From Escherichia phage vB_EcoM-pEK20, in sequence record MZ868638.1: a stretch of DNA of 64,000 nt; one strand, given 5' to 3'. The notes beneath the pieces were generated by a model. The model was not told the origin of the DNA. It did no database searches and saw only the letters and a list, made by a program, of their open reading frames with translations. The translations under genes and the position numbers were made by a program. Shown piece by piece: positions 38,767 to 47,470 of the stretch (the first letter of the stretch is position 1; every line of letters begins with the position of its first letter).

Positions 38767-39927
38767 ATGAATACTTTTAAAATCGGAACGAATTTTGATT
38801 TAGCTCTTCTTGATAAAATCGTAGAGCTCAATAAAACTTATCCTAATAGCTTGATAAACGAAGTATACGGCTCTACAAGAGAAATGGCTTTTGTAGCAGC
38901 CAGACCTGATTTTAGGCTTCCTGACGTTGACAAAAAGATGTTAGAAGATTACGTTAAACGTTGTAACGAATTAGGTATTTGCTTTAACTATACACTCAAC
39001 ACGATAAATCCTGGTTCAAAAAGAGAACTAGTTGAGTGGAAGAAGAAAGCTATTCAGGATTATGTTCAGTATCTTTGGTCAATAGGCGTATGGCGTATTA
39101 CTATCGCTAACCCTGTTGTTATGGAAATTGTTCGTGAAGTCAATAAAGACATTGAGATTGAAGTTTCAACAATTCTACATGTCGATGCTGTAACTCAAAT
39201 CAAATACTTGCATGACCAGTATAATATCAAAAAGGTCTGCTGTGGAATTCATAAGAACCGTTCGGTTTCTTTCCTGAAGCGTGCAGCAGAGTTTTGCAAT
39301 AAGAACAATATAATATTTGAAGTTCTTGTAAATGAGTTCTGTTCTAATGCTGGTAAAGGGTATACAACACATTGTAGCTATCGTGACTCTTGCTATATTT
39401 TCCATAGTACTGATGTTACCGCTGATGATGCTAAATCCTTAAATGGATATCCAATGCAACACTGCATTAAAGCTCGTGATACAGATCCATTTAACTGGTT
39501 GAGAACTCGTTTTGTTCGTCCTCAAGATTTGAAACTTTATAATGATATTGGTATCACTCAATTCAAAGTTTCAGGACGTACAGGTAGCACAGACTACATT
39601 TTGAAAGTTCTTGAAGCTTATGCTTCCGAAAAATTTGAAGGTAATTTGTTGGAATTGTGGAAGCCTTTAGAGACCATTTTCACTCTTGAAAATGAGACCG
39701 AGTTTTCACATACGGTAAATATTGAAACCTCTTTGTTAGATGGCTTTTTAGAAAAAAGGTGGTTCAGACATCCAGATTTCGATTGTGCTAATGAAATCTG
39801 TGGGACGACGTGTACATATTGTGAAAGATATTATAAACGTCAATTATCTAAAAATGGGTTATCAGAAAACTCTATATCTATTATTGATATAACTAACTCT
39901 GACGACGCTTTGAGGTACCCAGAATGA
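38767..39927 (+). CDS. Cys-rich enzyme of unknown family (possible Fe-S/metal-binding)
   Basis: Central Cys cluster KVCCGIH...EFCNKNN...EFCSNAGKGYTTHCSYRDSCY and C-terminal CANEICGTTCTYCERYY; fold not assignable by eye. Confidence 0.4.
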   Translation: MNTFKIGTNFDLALLDKIVELNKTYPNSLINEVYGSTREMAFVAARPDFRLPDVDKKMLEDYVKRCNELGICFNYTLNTINPGSKRELVEWKKKAIQDYVQYLWSIGVWRITIANPVVMEIVREVNKDIEIEVSTILHVDAVTQIKYLHDQYNIKKVCCGIHKNRSVSFLKRAAEFCNKNNIIFEVLVNEFCSNAGKGYTTHCSYRDSCYIFHSTDVTADDAKSLNGYPMQHCIKARDTDPFNWLRTRFVRPQDLKLYNDIGITQFKVSGRTGSTDYILKVLEAYASEKFEGNLLELWKPLETIFTLENETEFSHTVNIETSLLDGFLEKRWFRHPDFDCANEICGTTCTYCERYYKRQLSKNGLSENSISIIDITNSDDALRYPE

Positions 39928-40206
39928 TTTCTAGAAAAACTTTTAACCACCAACTTAATGAAGAGATTTTGACTATGAAAATTAACAGCAACGAACAAAT
40001 TCTTAAAAAGGCCCTTATGGGCCTGTTTGAAACCAAAGCGGCTTAAAGTGATTAAAGAACCTGTTCAATTGTAATACTACGCTGATGCATTTCTTCATAG
40101 TGTCCTTGGAAGTATCGATGCCGAAGCTCTACGTTATATCAACATCGCTAAGAAATTCAAATAAGCTTTATGAATTGAGTATATAATAAATTGTATTGAG
40201 GTAAAC

Positions 40207-40923
40207 ATGGGAAAACATAACACAATGAAATATATTAAAGCCGCAGATTTTCAATCCGCATTTAAAGCTGTCAATCGTGAAATTTTAGAAAACCCGGAAT
40301 TCGTAACTGATTCTCGTATTGGACGTTGTAATGAAATTGGGTCTATGACAGTAGTTGTTGACACTCCATCATCATTCAAAATGACCGACCCACGTATTAA
40401 CCGCATCTCTTATGAATATGCTGAAGACTTCTGGAAGTTTATGGTTTCTGGTGGTACTGATGCAGAAGAAGCATTTAAGGCATATCCTAACGTTGCTAAA
40501 TTTATTTCTAAACCTAAATCAGACGCTTTGCCTGCAAACTTCAACACTTTCTACGGTCCACGAATTGCGGCCCAATTACCAGCTCTTTTAAAAGAACTTA
40601 AAGAGAAGCCTAACTCTCGAAGAGTTGTGTTTCAAATTCTTGAAAGTTCTGATCAGGCTTTGCTTGATTCGGACGAAACGCTTGAATATCCATGTACTGA
40701 CTCAGTGACTTATTATATTCGTGATGGTAAGCTTTATACCCACTGCCATATGCGTTCTCAGAACTGTGCTGTTGTTATGCAGTTGGATTTTTATCTCCAA
40801 GGAAAATTACTTCATTATATCGCTAACGAATGTGGTGTAGAAGTTGGTGATTATACTCATACCATGGTAAGTGCCCATGTGTTTGAACGTGATTTTGATT
40901 ATGTTAAAGGATTCCTTGACTAA
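40207..40923 (+). CDS. 42: Thymidylate-synthase-fold pyrimidine hydroxymethylase (gp42-like, divergent)
   Basis: KPNSRRVVFQIL (TS NPxSRR), YPCTDSV (nucleophile PC), MRSQNCAVVMQLD (TS RSxD...N/D specificity position is Asp); position equals T4 gene 42. Confidence 0.65.
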   Translation: MGKHNTMKYIKAADFQSAFKAVNREILENPEFVTDSRIGRCNEIGSMTVVVDTPSSFKMTDPRINRISYEYAEDFWKFMVSGGTDAEEAFKAYPNVAKFISKPKSDALPANFNTFYGPRIAAQLPALLKELKEKPNSRRVVFQILESSDQALLDSDETLEYPCTDSVTYYIRDGKLYTHCHMRSQNCAVVMQLDFYLQGKLLHYIANECGVEVGDYTHTMVSAHVFERDFDYVKGFLD

Positions 40924-41822
40924 TGGCTATTTTCCGCGTACCTATCTTGAGTATGCGGTCTTATGAAACTGGACAGTATGCTATCCTTAAGGATGGCAAC
41001 TTCCAACTTCATTTGCACCGTGCTAATCCAGGTGATGTGATTACATATCCACGTAATGCATCTGATATTAAAGAATGTGAACGTCTTTTCCCAGAATTTA
41101 AGTTTGTTCCATTATGGTATAAAGATAACGCGTATAACACTCGTAAATATTTCTGGTCTGAAAATGAATTTGTGGTTGATTCATTAATTGCTTATTATGA
41201 TTGTGATTTTCTAATAACAGATATCACTGGATATGATGGTGCTTTTGATGTAGAATTCAATTTCAATATCACCGCAGACCCTAATAAACCGCGTTTTTAT
41301 ATTGACGAATTCTTAAAAACCGACATGTTGTCGGTTAATCGTTCACTTCAAACTACTGTGTTGAATGAACGTCAAAAGGAAGTGCTGGTTAACGCTGGTG
41401 CGGATGGTAATAAGATTATCGTAACGCAGAAAGTTATACGTCCTTCCATCATGCAGCGTCTTGTAGGTGATTTGGCTCCTATTCATCTAGATGGTATTTT
41501 TCATCCATTTCGAATTAGTGACCCGTGCTATCGTTTTGAACAAGTGGTTGAATGTGCAATTCAATTAGGCCAACCGCTTTATATAACCGATCCAAATAAT
41601 AGCTTCGACAGAAATAAGTATCCTGAAGAAGCGCTGATTCGAATTTTTAAACCAACTAAAACCGAGTACTATCAAATTCTTAAAGGACGTCCAAAGATTC
41701 AATATTTCGAAAATCCTGAAGAAGTATTCCATCCAGGTCTTGGTGAGTTCATCTACTTTAATGCTTTAATTTCTTCGCCGTATAATATACCTAAATACGA
41801 AGATGTCGTAATCGAGGAATAA
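40923..41822 (+). CDS. Hypothetical protein at the T4 beta-gt position
   Basis: 299 aa; no motif I can assign. Confidence 0.35.
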   Translation: MAIFRVPILSMRSYETGQYAILKDGNFQLHLHRANPGDVITYPRNASDIKECERLFPEFKFVPLWYKDNAYNTRKYFWSENEFVVDSLIAYYDCDFLITDITGYDGAFDVEFNFNITADPNKPRFYIDEFLKTDMLSVNRSLQTTVLNERQKEVLVNAGADGNKIIVTQKVIRPSIMQRLVGDLAPIHLDGIFHPFRISDPCYRFEQVVECAIQLGQPLYITDPNNSFDRNKYPEEALIRIFKPTKTEYYQILKGRPKIQYFENPEEVFHPGLGEFIYFNALISSPYNIPKYEDVVIEE

Positions 41823-41823
41823 A

Positions 41824-42372
41824 ATGGCTAAAATTATTTTAGTAGATGGCCCGGATAATGCTGGTAAAACAACTTTCATTAATGACATAATGGAAATTAG
41901 TGAAAGATATGTAAAGATTGATTTCCCTAAACGAACGGTTGATGGACGTTTCGATGTTAAGTCTCGAAATGAAGTTGGCTGTTTCGAAACGATGCTGAAT
42001 TATTTAGACCCTACTAAGATTTATCTGTTAGATCGTGGATATATTAGTAACTGGGTTTACGGACGTATTCGACAAGATGCGGACTCGGTTCTTGACGTTT
42101 ATGAACAGGATTATGTTCGTCTTTGCCAAAACCATGATGTGTTCACAATTATTTTAACACGTAACGAAATGACTGAAAGTTTTGAAGACGACCTTATTAC
42201 TTTGTCTTCATTCGGTTTTAATACAGTAATTTCATATTTTGAAGAGTTTGCAATCCATAACGAAATCCAAACGTATCAATTACTTAATCATGATGGTGCT
42301 AACAAAGTTATAGGATTTAATGCAAGCGAACGTAATAATTTGATTACAGAAATTATCAAATGGGCTCGTTAA
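41824..42372 (+). CDS. Tmk-like P-loop nucleoside monophosphate kinase
   Basis: IILVDGPDNAGKTT Walker A and LLDRGYISNWVYG resemble thymidylate kinase DRY motif region. Confidence 0.45.
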   Translation: MAKIILVDGPDNAGKTTFINDIMEISERYVKIDFPKRTVDGRFDVKSRNEVGCFETMLNYLDPTKIYLLDRGYISNWVYGRIRQDADSVLDVYEQDYVRLCQNHDVFTIILTRNEMTESFEDDLITLSSFGFNTVISYFEEFAIHNEIQTYQLLNHDGANKVIGFNASERNNLITEIIKWAR

Positions 42373-42471
42373 GAGCCTGTTTAAAGTTTTAAATGCTGTA
42401 TAACCCTTAGTATATAATCGTCTTATCTTTTAAACATGAGTAAAATATAATGATGCCTATGGAAAAATACA

Positions 42472-43644
42472 ATGTCTGATTTAAAATCTCGTCTGATTAA
42501 AGCTTCTACTTCTAAAATGACTGCAGACTTGACTAAGTCTAAGTTGTTTAATAATCGCGATGAAGTCCCTACTCGTATTCCGATGTTGAATATTGCATTA
42601 GGTGGTGCACTGAATGCTGGGTTGCAATCAGGCTTAACTATTTTTGCTGCTCCTTCTAAACACTTTAAAACGTTGTTTGGACTGACCATGGTTGCAGCAT
42701 ATATGAAGAAATATAAAGATGCAATTTGTTTGTTCTATGATTCAGAATTTGGTGCTTCAGAATCTTATTTTCGTTCGATGGGTGTTGATTTAGACCGTGT
42801 AGTTCATACTCCGATTCAATCTGTCGAACAACTTAAAGTTGATATGACTAATCAGCTTGACGCGATTGAACGCGGTGATAAAGTTATTATCTTTATCGAT
42901 TCAATTGGTAATACTGCATCTAAGAAAGAAACCGAAGATGCGTTGAACGAGAAAGTTGTAGGTGATATGTCTCGTGCTAAGGCACTTAAATCTCTGTTCC
43001 GCATTGTGACTCCTTATCTGACTATTAAAGATATTCCGTGTGTTGCAATCAACCATACAGCAATGGAAATTGGCGGACTATATCCTAAAGAGATTATGGG
43101 TGGTGGTACAGGTATTCTTTACTCTGCTAACACTGTATTCTTTATCTCTAAACGTCAGGTTAAAGAAGGTACAGAATTGACCGGTTATGACTTCACGTTG
43201 AAAGCAGAAAAATCTCGTACAGTTAAAGAGAAATCTACTTTCCCAATCACAGTCAATTTCGATGGCGGTATCGACCCATTCAGTGGCTTGTTAGAAATGG
43301 CAACTGAAATTGGTTTTGTAGTTAAGCCTAAAGCCGGGTGGTATGCTCGAGAATTCCTTGACGAAGAAACAGGCGAAATGATTCGTGAAGAGAAATCATG
43401 GCGTGCTAAAGCTACTGATTGTGTAGAATTCTGGGGACCGTTGTTTAAACACAAACCTTTCCGAGATGCAATTGAAACTAAATATAAACTAGGTGCTATC
43501 TCTTCTATTAAAGAAGTCGATGACGCTGTTAACGACCTTATTAATTGCAAAGCAACAACTAAAGTTCCGGTTAAAACTTCTGATGCTCCGTCTGCAGCAG
43601 ATATAGAAAACGACCTTGACGAAATGGAAGATTTCGATGAATAA
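42472..43644 (+). CDS. uvsX: RecA-like recombinase UvsX
   Basis: 390 aa; RecA core motifs, matches T4 UvsX. Confidence 0.9.
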   Translation: MSDLKSRLIKASTSKMTADLTKSKLFNNRDEVPTRIPMLNIALGGALNAGLQSGLTIFAAPSKHFKTLFGLTMVAAYMKKYKDAICLFYDSEFGASESYFRSMGVDLDRVVHTPIQSVEQLKVDMTNQLDAIERGDKVIIFIDSIGNTASKKETEDALNEKVVGDMSRAKALKSLFRIVTPYLTIKDIPCVAINHTAMEIGGLYPKEIMGGGTGILYSANTVFFISKRQVKEGTELTGYDFTLKAEKSRTVKEKSTFPITVNFDGGIDPFSGLLEMATEIGFVVKPKAGWYAREFLDEETGEMIREEKSWRAKATDCVEFWGPLFKHKPFRDAIETKYKLGAISSIKEVDDAVNDLINCKATTKVPVKTSDAPSAADIENDLDEMEDFDE

Positions 43645-43978
43645 TCTCGATGATTTAAATCTAGAAATCGTTGATGAATCCCCTTCTTCGGAAGGGGAAG
43701 ACATTCGCAAAGAACGAGTGTTTAATGAATCTCTTAAAATTGTCCGTTCAGCAATGGAAAATGTCATTCAAGAGATTCTGATTACGCTTGAAGATGGTTC
43801 TCATCATATAGTCTATATTACAAAACTAGACTGGGTTGATGGTAAAATCGTAATGGACTTTGCAGTTCTTGACCAGGACAGAAAAGCAGAACTTGCACCA
43901 CATGTTGAAAAATGTGTTACAATGCAAGTACAACAAGCTTTTAATGAACGGGCCAAGAAAAAATTTAGATTCTTTTAA
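43637..43978 (+). CDS. 40: Head vertex assembly chaperone gp40-like
   Basis: Position between uvsX and 41; start could be 43616 or 43637. Confidence 0.5.
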   Translation: MNNLDDLNLEIVDESPSSEGEDIRKERVFNESLKIVRSAMENVIQEILITLEDGSHHIVYITKLDWVDGKIVMDFAVLDQDRKAELAPHVEKCVTMQVQQAFNERAKKKFRFF

Positions 43979-43987
43979 GGAGTTATC

Positions 43988-45430
43988 GTGGTAGAAATTA
44001 TTTTGTCTCATCTAGTATACGACCAGGCTTATTTTTCTAAGGTCTGGCCTTATATGGATTCTGAGTATTTTGAGCGTGGACCGGCAAAAAATGTCTTTAA
44101 AATTATAAAGAGCCACGTTAACGAATATAATGCAATGCCGTCTATCAATGCATTAAAGGTGGCTTTAGATAACAGTTCTTTAACTGAAGCCGAATATAAA
44201 GGAACTTCAGACCTAATTGAAAAATTGGCTGATACTCCTGAAGACCACGAATGGTTGGTTAAAGAAACTGAGAAATATGTCCAGCAAAAAGCGATGTATA
44301 ATGCTACATCCAAAATCATTGAGATTCAGTCTAATGCTGAACTACCTCCAGAACAACGTAACAAGAAAATGCCTGACGTAGGAGCTATTCCTGATATTAT
44401 GCGTCAAGCACTTTCAATTTCGTTTGATAGTTATGTTGGACATGACTGGATGGAAGACTATGAAGCACGCTGGCTTTCTTATCTGAACAAAGCACGTAAG
44501 GTCCCGTTCAAATTAAACATTCTGAATAAAATCACTAAAGGTGGTGCTGAAACCGGTACACTGAATGTTTTAATGGCTGGTGTTAACGTTGGTAAATCTT
44601 TAGGCCTTTGTTCACTTGCTGCAGATTATCTTCAAACAGGTCATAATGTTCTTTATATTTCCATGGAAATGGCTGAAGAAGTTTGTGCTAAGCGTATAGA
44701 TGCAAACATGCTTGACGTATCACTCGATGATATCGATGATGGTAACGTATCTTATGCTGAATATAAAGCCAAGATGGAAAAATGGCGTTCAAAATCCACA
44801 TTAGGACGTTTAGTGGTTAAACAGTATCCTACTGGCGGAGCTAATGCTAATACATTCCGTGCATTGCTTAATGAATTGAAACTCAAGAAGAACTTTGTGC
44901 CATCTGTAATCATGGTTGATTACTTAGGTATTTGTGGGTCTTGTCGTATCAGAGTTTACACTGAAAATAGCTACACATTAGTTAAAGCTATCGCAGAAGA
45001 ACTTCGTGCATTAGCAGTAGAATCTGAAACAGTTCTATGGACTGCAGCTCAAGTAGGACGTGCAGCATGGGATGCTTCGGATATGAACATGAGCGATATT
45101 GCAGAATCAGCAGGTTTACCAGCAACGGCAGATTTCATGTTGGCCGTAATTGAAACCGAAGAACTTGCACAAGCTGAACAACAACTTATCAAACAAATCA
45201 AATCACGATATGGTGATAAGAATAAGTGGAATAAATTCCTGATGGGTGTACGTAAAGGCAACCAGAAATGGATTGAGATTGAGCAAGAAGGCATGAACAC
45301 ATCTAACACAGTAAATGAAAACGCAGGTGCTCAGATGCGTCAGGCAGAGGTGAATCGTACGGAACGCGTAGGTAAAGCCAAAGCAACACGTGCTGACCTA
45401 GATAGCTTAGCCAATGAGTTAAAATTTTAA
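43988..45430 (+). CDS. 41: Replicative DNA helicase gp41 (DnaB-like)
   Basis: GTG start MVEIILSHLVYDQAYFSKVWPYMDSEYF matches T4 gp41; Walker A GVNVGKS. Confidence 0.9.
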   Translation: MVEIILSHLVYDQAYFSKVWPYMDSEYFERGPAKNVFKIIKSHVNEYNAMPSINALKVALDNSSLTEAEYKGTSDLIEKLADTPEDHEWLVKETEKYVQQKAMYNATSKIIEIQSNAELPPEQRNKKMPDVGAIPDIMRQALSISFDSYVGHDWMEDYEARWLSYLNKARKVPFKLNILNKITKGGAETGTLNVLMAGVNVGKSLGLCSLAADYLQTGHNVLYISMEMAEEVCAKRIDANMLDVSLDDIDDGNVSYAEYKAKMEKWRSKSTLGRLVVKQYPTGGANANTFRALLNELKLKKNFVPSVIMVDYLGICGSCRIRVYTENSYTLVKAIAEELRALAVESETVLWTAAQVGRAAWDASDMNMSDIAESAGLPATADFMLAVIETEELAQAEQQLIKQIKSRYGDKNKWNKFLMGVRKGNQKWIEIEQEGMNTSNTVNENAGAQMRQAEVNRTERVGKAKATRADLDSLANELKF

Positions 45431-45435
45431 TAAAA

Positions 45436-45456
45436 AGGAGACTTCGGTCTCCTTTC
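45436..45456 (+). terminator. Rho-independent terminator (UUCG loop)
   Basis: GGAGAC-TTCG-GTCTCC then TTT. Confidence 0.5.
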
Positions 45457-45518
45457 GGGGTTTACATCTTCCTCTAGGCATGATATGATGTACTTACACA
45501 AACCAAGAGGAAAACATT

Positions 45519-45893
45519 ATGAATATGTCTCAAGCAATTTTTACTGCAATCACCGAAAACACAACTGTTGAAGTAGTTTCTCCGCTGGCAACCTACGTTA
45601 TTCTTGCTCCTAAAACTATTGTATCTCGTATGGAAAACATGGGCAAACGTATCGTACAAATTGTTGGAGCCGGAAATCAAAAACTTGATTATCTGCGAAC
45701 CATCAAAGCTTATGAACATTTCCAACTCGAAAAAGGTTCTCCTATCCAGGTAGAACTCGTAAATGGTGATATTGTTCGAGCAATGTTCCATCATTTCTAT
45801 GCATTGAATGACCCATCTAAAGCGGTTCGTTTAATTGCATACGACGCAAACCAAAACGAAATCAACGCAGATGTATCTAAATTACGTTTTTAA
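45519..45893 (+). CDS. Hypothetical protein
   Basis: ORF only. Confidence 0.35.
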   Translation: MNMSQAIFTAITENTTVEVVSPLATYVILAPKTIVSRMENMGKRIVQIVGAGNQKLDYLRTIKAYEHFQLEKGSPIQVELVNGDIVRAMFHHFYALNDPSKAVRLIAYDANQNEINADVSKLRF

Positions 45894-45922
45894 GTTTACT
45901 TCTCCAGTAGTTGTGTTATTAT
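45894..45922 (+). promoter_or_regulatory. T4-type early promoter with stem-loop (PeSL-like)
   Basis: GTTTAC 45894-45899, TATTAT 45917-45922; TTCTCCAGTAGTTG pairs with CAACTACTGGAGAA 45931-45944. Confidence 0.45.
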
Positions 45923-45948
45923 AGACCTATCAACTACTGGAGAACAAA

Positions 45949-46266
45949 ATGAAAACCATCGATTGTAAAGCAGAATTTAAGATTTTTTATCACGGTTCAA
46001 GTAGTTCAGCTAACATCGAAAACATGCTTTGTCCTCCTGAGGAAACAGGAGTTCTGTCTGAAACCGGACGTAAGAAAAACTTGGATCGTGTATTCTTTAC
46101 TGAAGATATCGGTTTAGCAAAGATTTATGCAGGACGAGCAGCACGCTCTTATGGAGGTGAACCACGTCTCTATCGAGTAATTTCTCCGGTAGACGTAGTT
46201 CAAATGAATAATACTAAAGGTGCTACAGTTTATCACGCTGAATGGGCATTTTGCGAGGAAATATGA
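45949..46266 (+). CDS. Small protein with PARP-like HGS motif
   Basis: FYHGSSSS...CPPEE...VFFTEDIGLAKIYA parallels the PARP NAD-site HGS...PPE...YFA pattern; only 105 aa. Confidence 0.3.
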   Translation: MKTIDCKAEFKIFYHGSSSSANIENMLCPPEETGVLSETGRKKNLDRVFFTEDIGLAKIYAGRAARSYGGEPRLYRVISPVDVVQMNNTKGATVYHAEWAFCEEI

Positions 46267-46454
46267 GCAAATTAACTAAAGTTACTTTTATTGGTTGGTT
46301 TAAAAGTGGTGAGATGTTCACTAAAGATATCATGTTATCAGGTGACCGTGAAGAAATCGAGTGGGTTGCTGTACAACTCGCTGAAGTGAACAGTGCACTT
46401 GTTAAAGCATTTGTTAATGACGAGAAAGTTTTTGAAGCTGATTTCAGAGGATAA
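46263..46454 (+). CDS. dmd: Dmd, antitoxin against host RnlA/LsoA RNases
   Basis: MSKLTKVTFIGWFKSGEMFTKDIM...VNSALVKAFVNDEKVFEADFRG matches T4 Dmd as recalled. Confidence 0.8.
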   Translation: MSKLTKVTFIGWFKSGEMFTKDIMLSGDREEIEWVAVQLAEVNSALVKAFVNDEKVFEADFRG

Positions 46455-46455
46455 T

Positions 46456-46668
46456 ATGTATTCAACTGTGTTTAAACCATCAACATACGAATTTGCATCA
46501 ACTACACAATGGAAAGCTCTTATTCTGGAAGGATGGGAACTAATGATGGACTGTGAAGCATCTGAAAAGTTTCCACACGGCAAAGTGGACTTCGTTAAAT
46601 TTGCTGTACGTCCGACTAAACGACAGATTCGTCAAGAAAAACGCAAATTTCGCAAAAGTTTAAAATAA
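46456..46668 (+). CDS. Small protein with basic C-terminal tail VRPTKRQIRQEKRK (paralog)
   Basis: Internal ATG of ORF 46393-46668; same tail motif as 17268 and 17863 ORFs. Confidence 0.35.
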   Translation: MYSTVFKPSTYEFASTTQWKALILEGWELMMDCEASEKFPHGKVDFVKFAVRPTKRQIRQEKRKFRKSLK

Positions 46669-46728
46669 CTGTTTACAAGCACCACATACTGTGTTACTAT
46701 CTTTTTATCAACTACAGAGGAAATTGAA

Positions 46729-47097
46729 ATGAAAAAATTAATCGCTTTAGCAATGGTATTTGGATTAACCGGATGTGGTGCCCATGGCTTTATCCCTAAT
46801 AACGTTGGCCAACTGATTTACAATCCGAATGTTAAACAGTATGACCAACCTAAAGTTGAAGTGGAAGACCCGGTTACTGTAGGTAATCGAATGATTCAAG
46901 CTGATGCCCATGCTCAACGTTATCGTGACTCTGATACTGTAGCATTGTCAAAAGAACAACGCGTTAAAGAACATTGTCTACAATCTACTGAAATCGCATT
47001 CATTCGCTATGTTGAAACAACTGGTAAAGAGCCTACCCAGAAACAAATCGCAAATAACTACGTCCAGTGTATTGAACGTTTAAACAAATTTAACTAA
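46729..47097 (+). CDS. Lipoprotein (lipobox LTGC)
   Basis: MKKLIALAMVFGLTGC signal/lipobox. Confidence 0.5.
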   Translation: MKKLIALAMVFGLTGCGAHGFIPNNVGQLIYNPNVKQYDQPKVEVEDPVTVGNRMIQADAHAQRYRDSDTVALSKEQRVKEHCLQSTEIAFIRYVETTGKEPTQKQIANNYVQCIERLNKFN

Positions 47098-47158
47098 TTG
47101 GTTTACACCAAAGTTAAAATAAGATACTATAAACATAACAAATCAAGAGGAAATTAAC

Positions 47159-47407
47159 ATGGAATTATTCGTAGCTAGTTCAGTAGCAGTTTTAATCGCA
47201 GGTATTGGTTCAATCATCATTTACATGTTGCCTTGGGTAATCGCACTTATTCGTGGCACAAAAAGCACAACAGCAATCTTCTTTGTATCTTTACTCTTTA
47301 ACTGGACGATGATTGGTTGGATTGGAACTTTAATTTGGTCTATCGTTGCCGAAAAGAAATCTGCTCAGCAGCCTCAACAAGTAATTATTATTCGCGAAAA
47401 AGAATAA
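47159..47407 (+). CDS. Small two-TM membrane protein, Imm-like (superinfection immunity candidate)
   Basis: Two hydrophobic helices, adjacent to sp. Confidence 0.35.
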   Translation: MELFVASSVAVLIAGIGSIIIYMLPWVIALIRGTKSTTAIFFVSLLFNWTMIGWIGTLIWSIVAEKKSAQQPQQVIIIREKE

Positions 47408-47470
47408 ACTTGTTTACATTATAGATGGACTATAGTATAGTAGTCCTATCAAATCAACTAAGGAGTTAAA

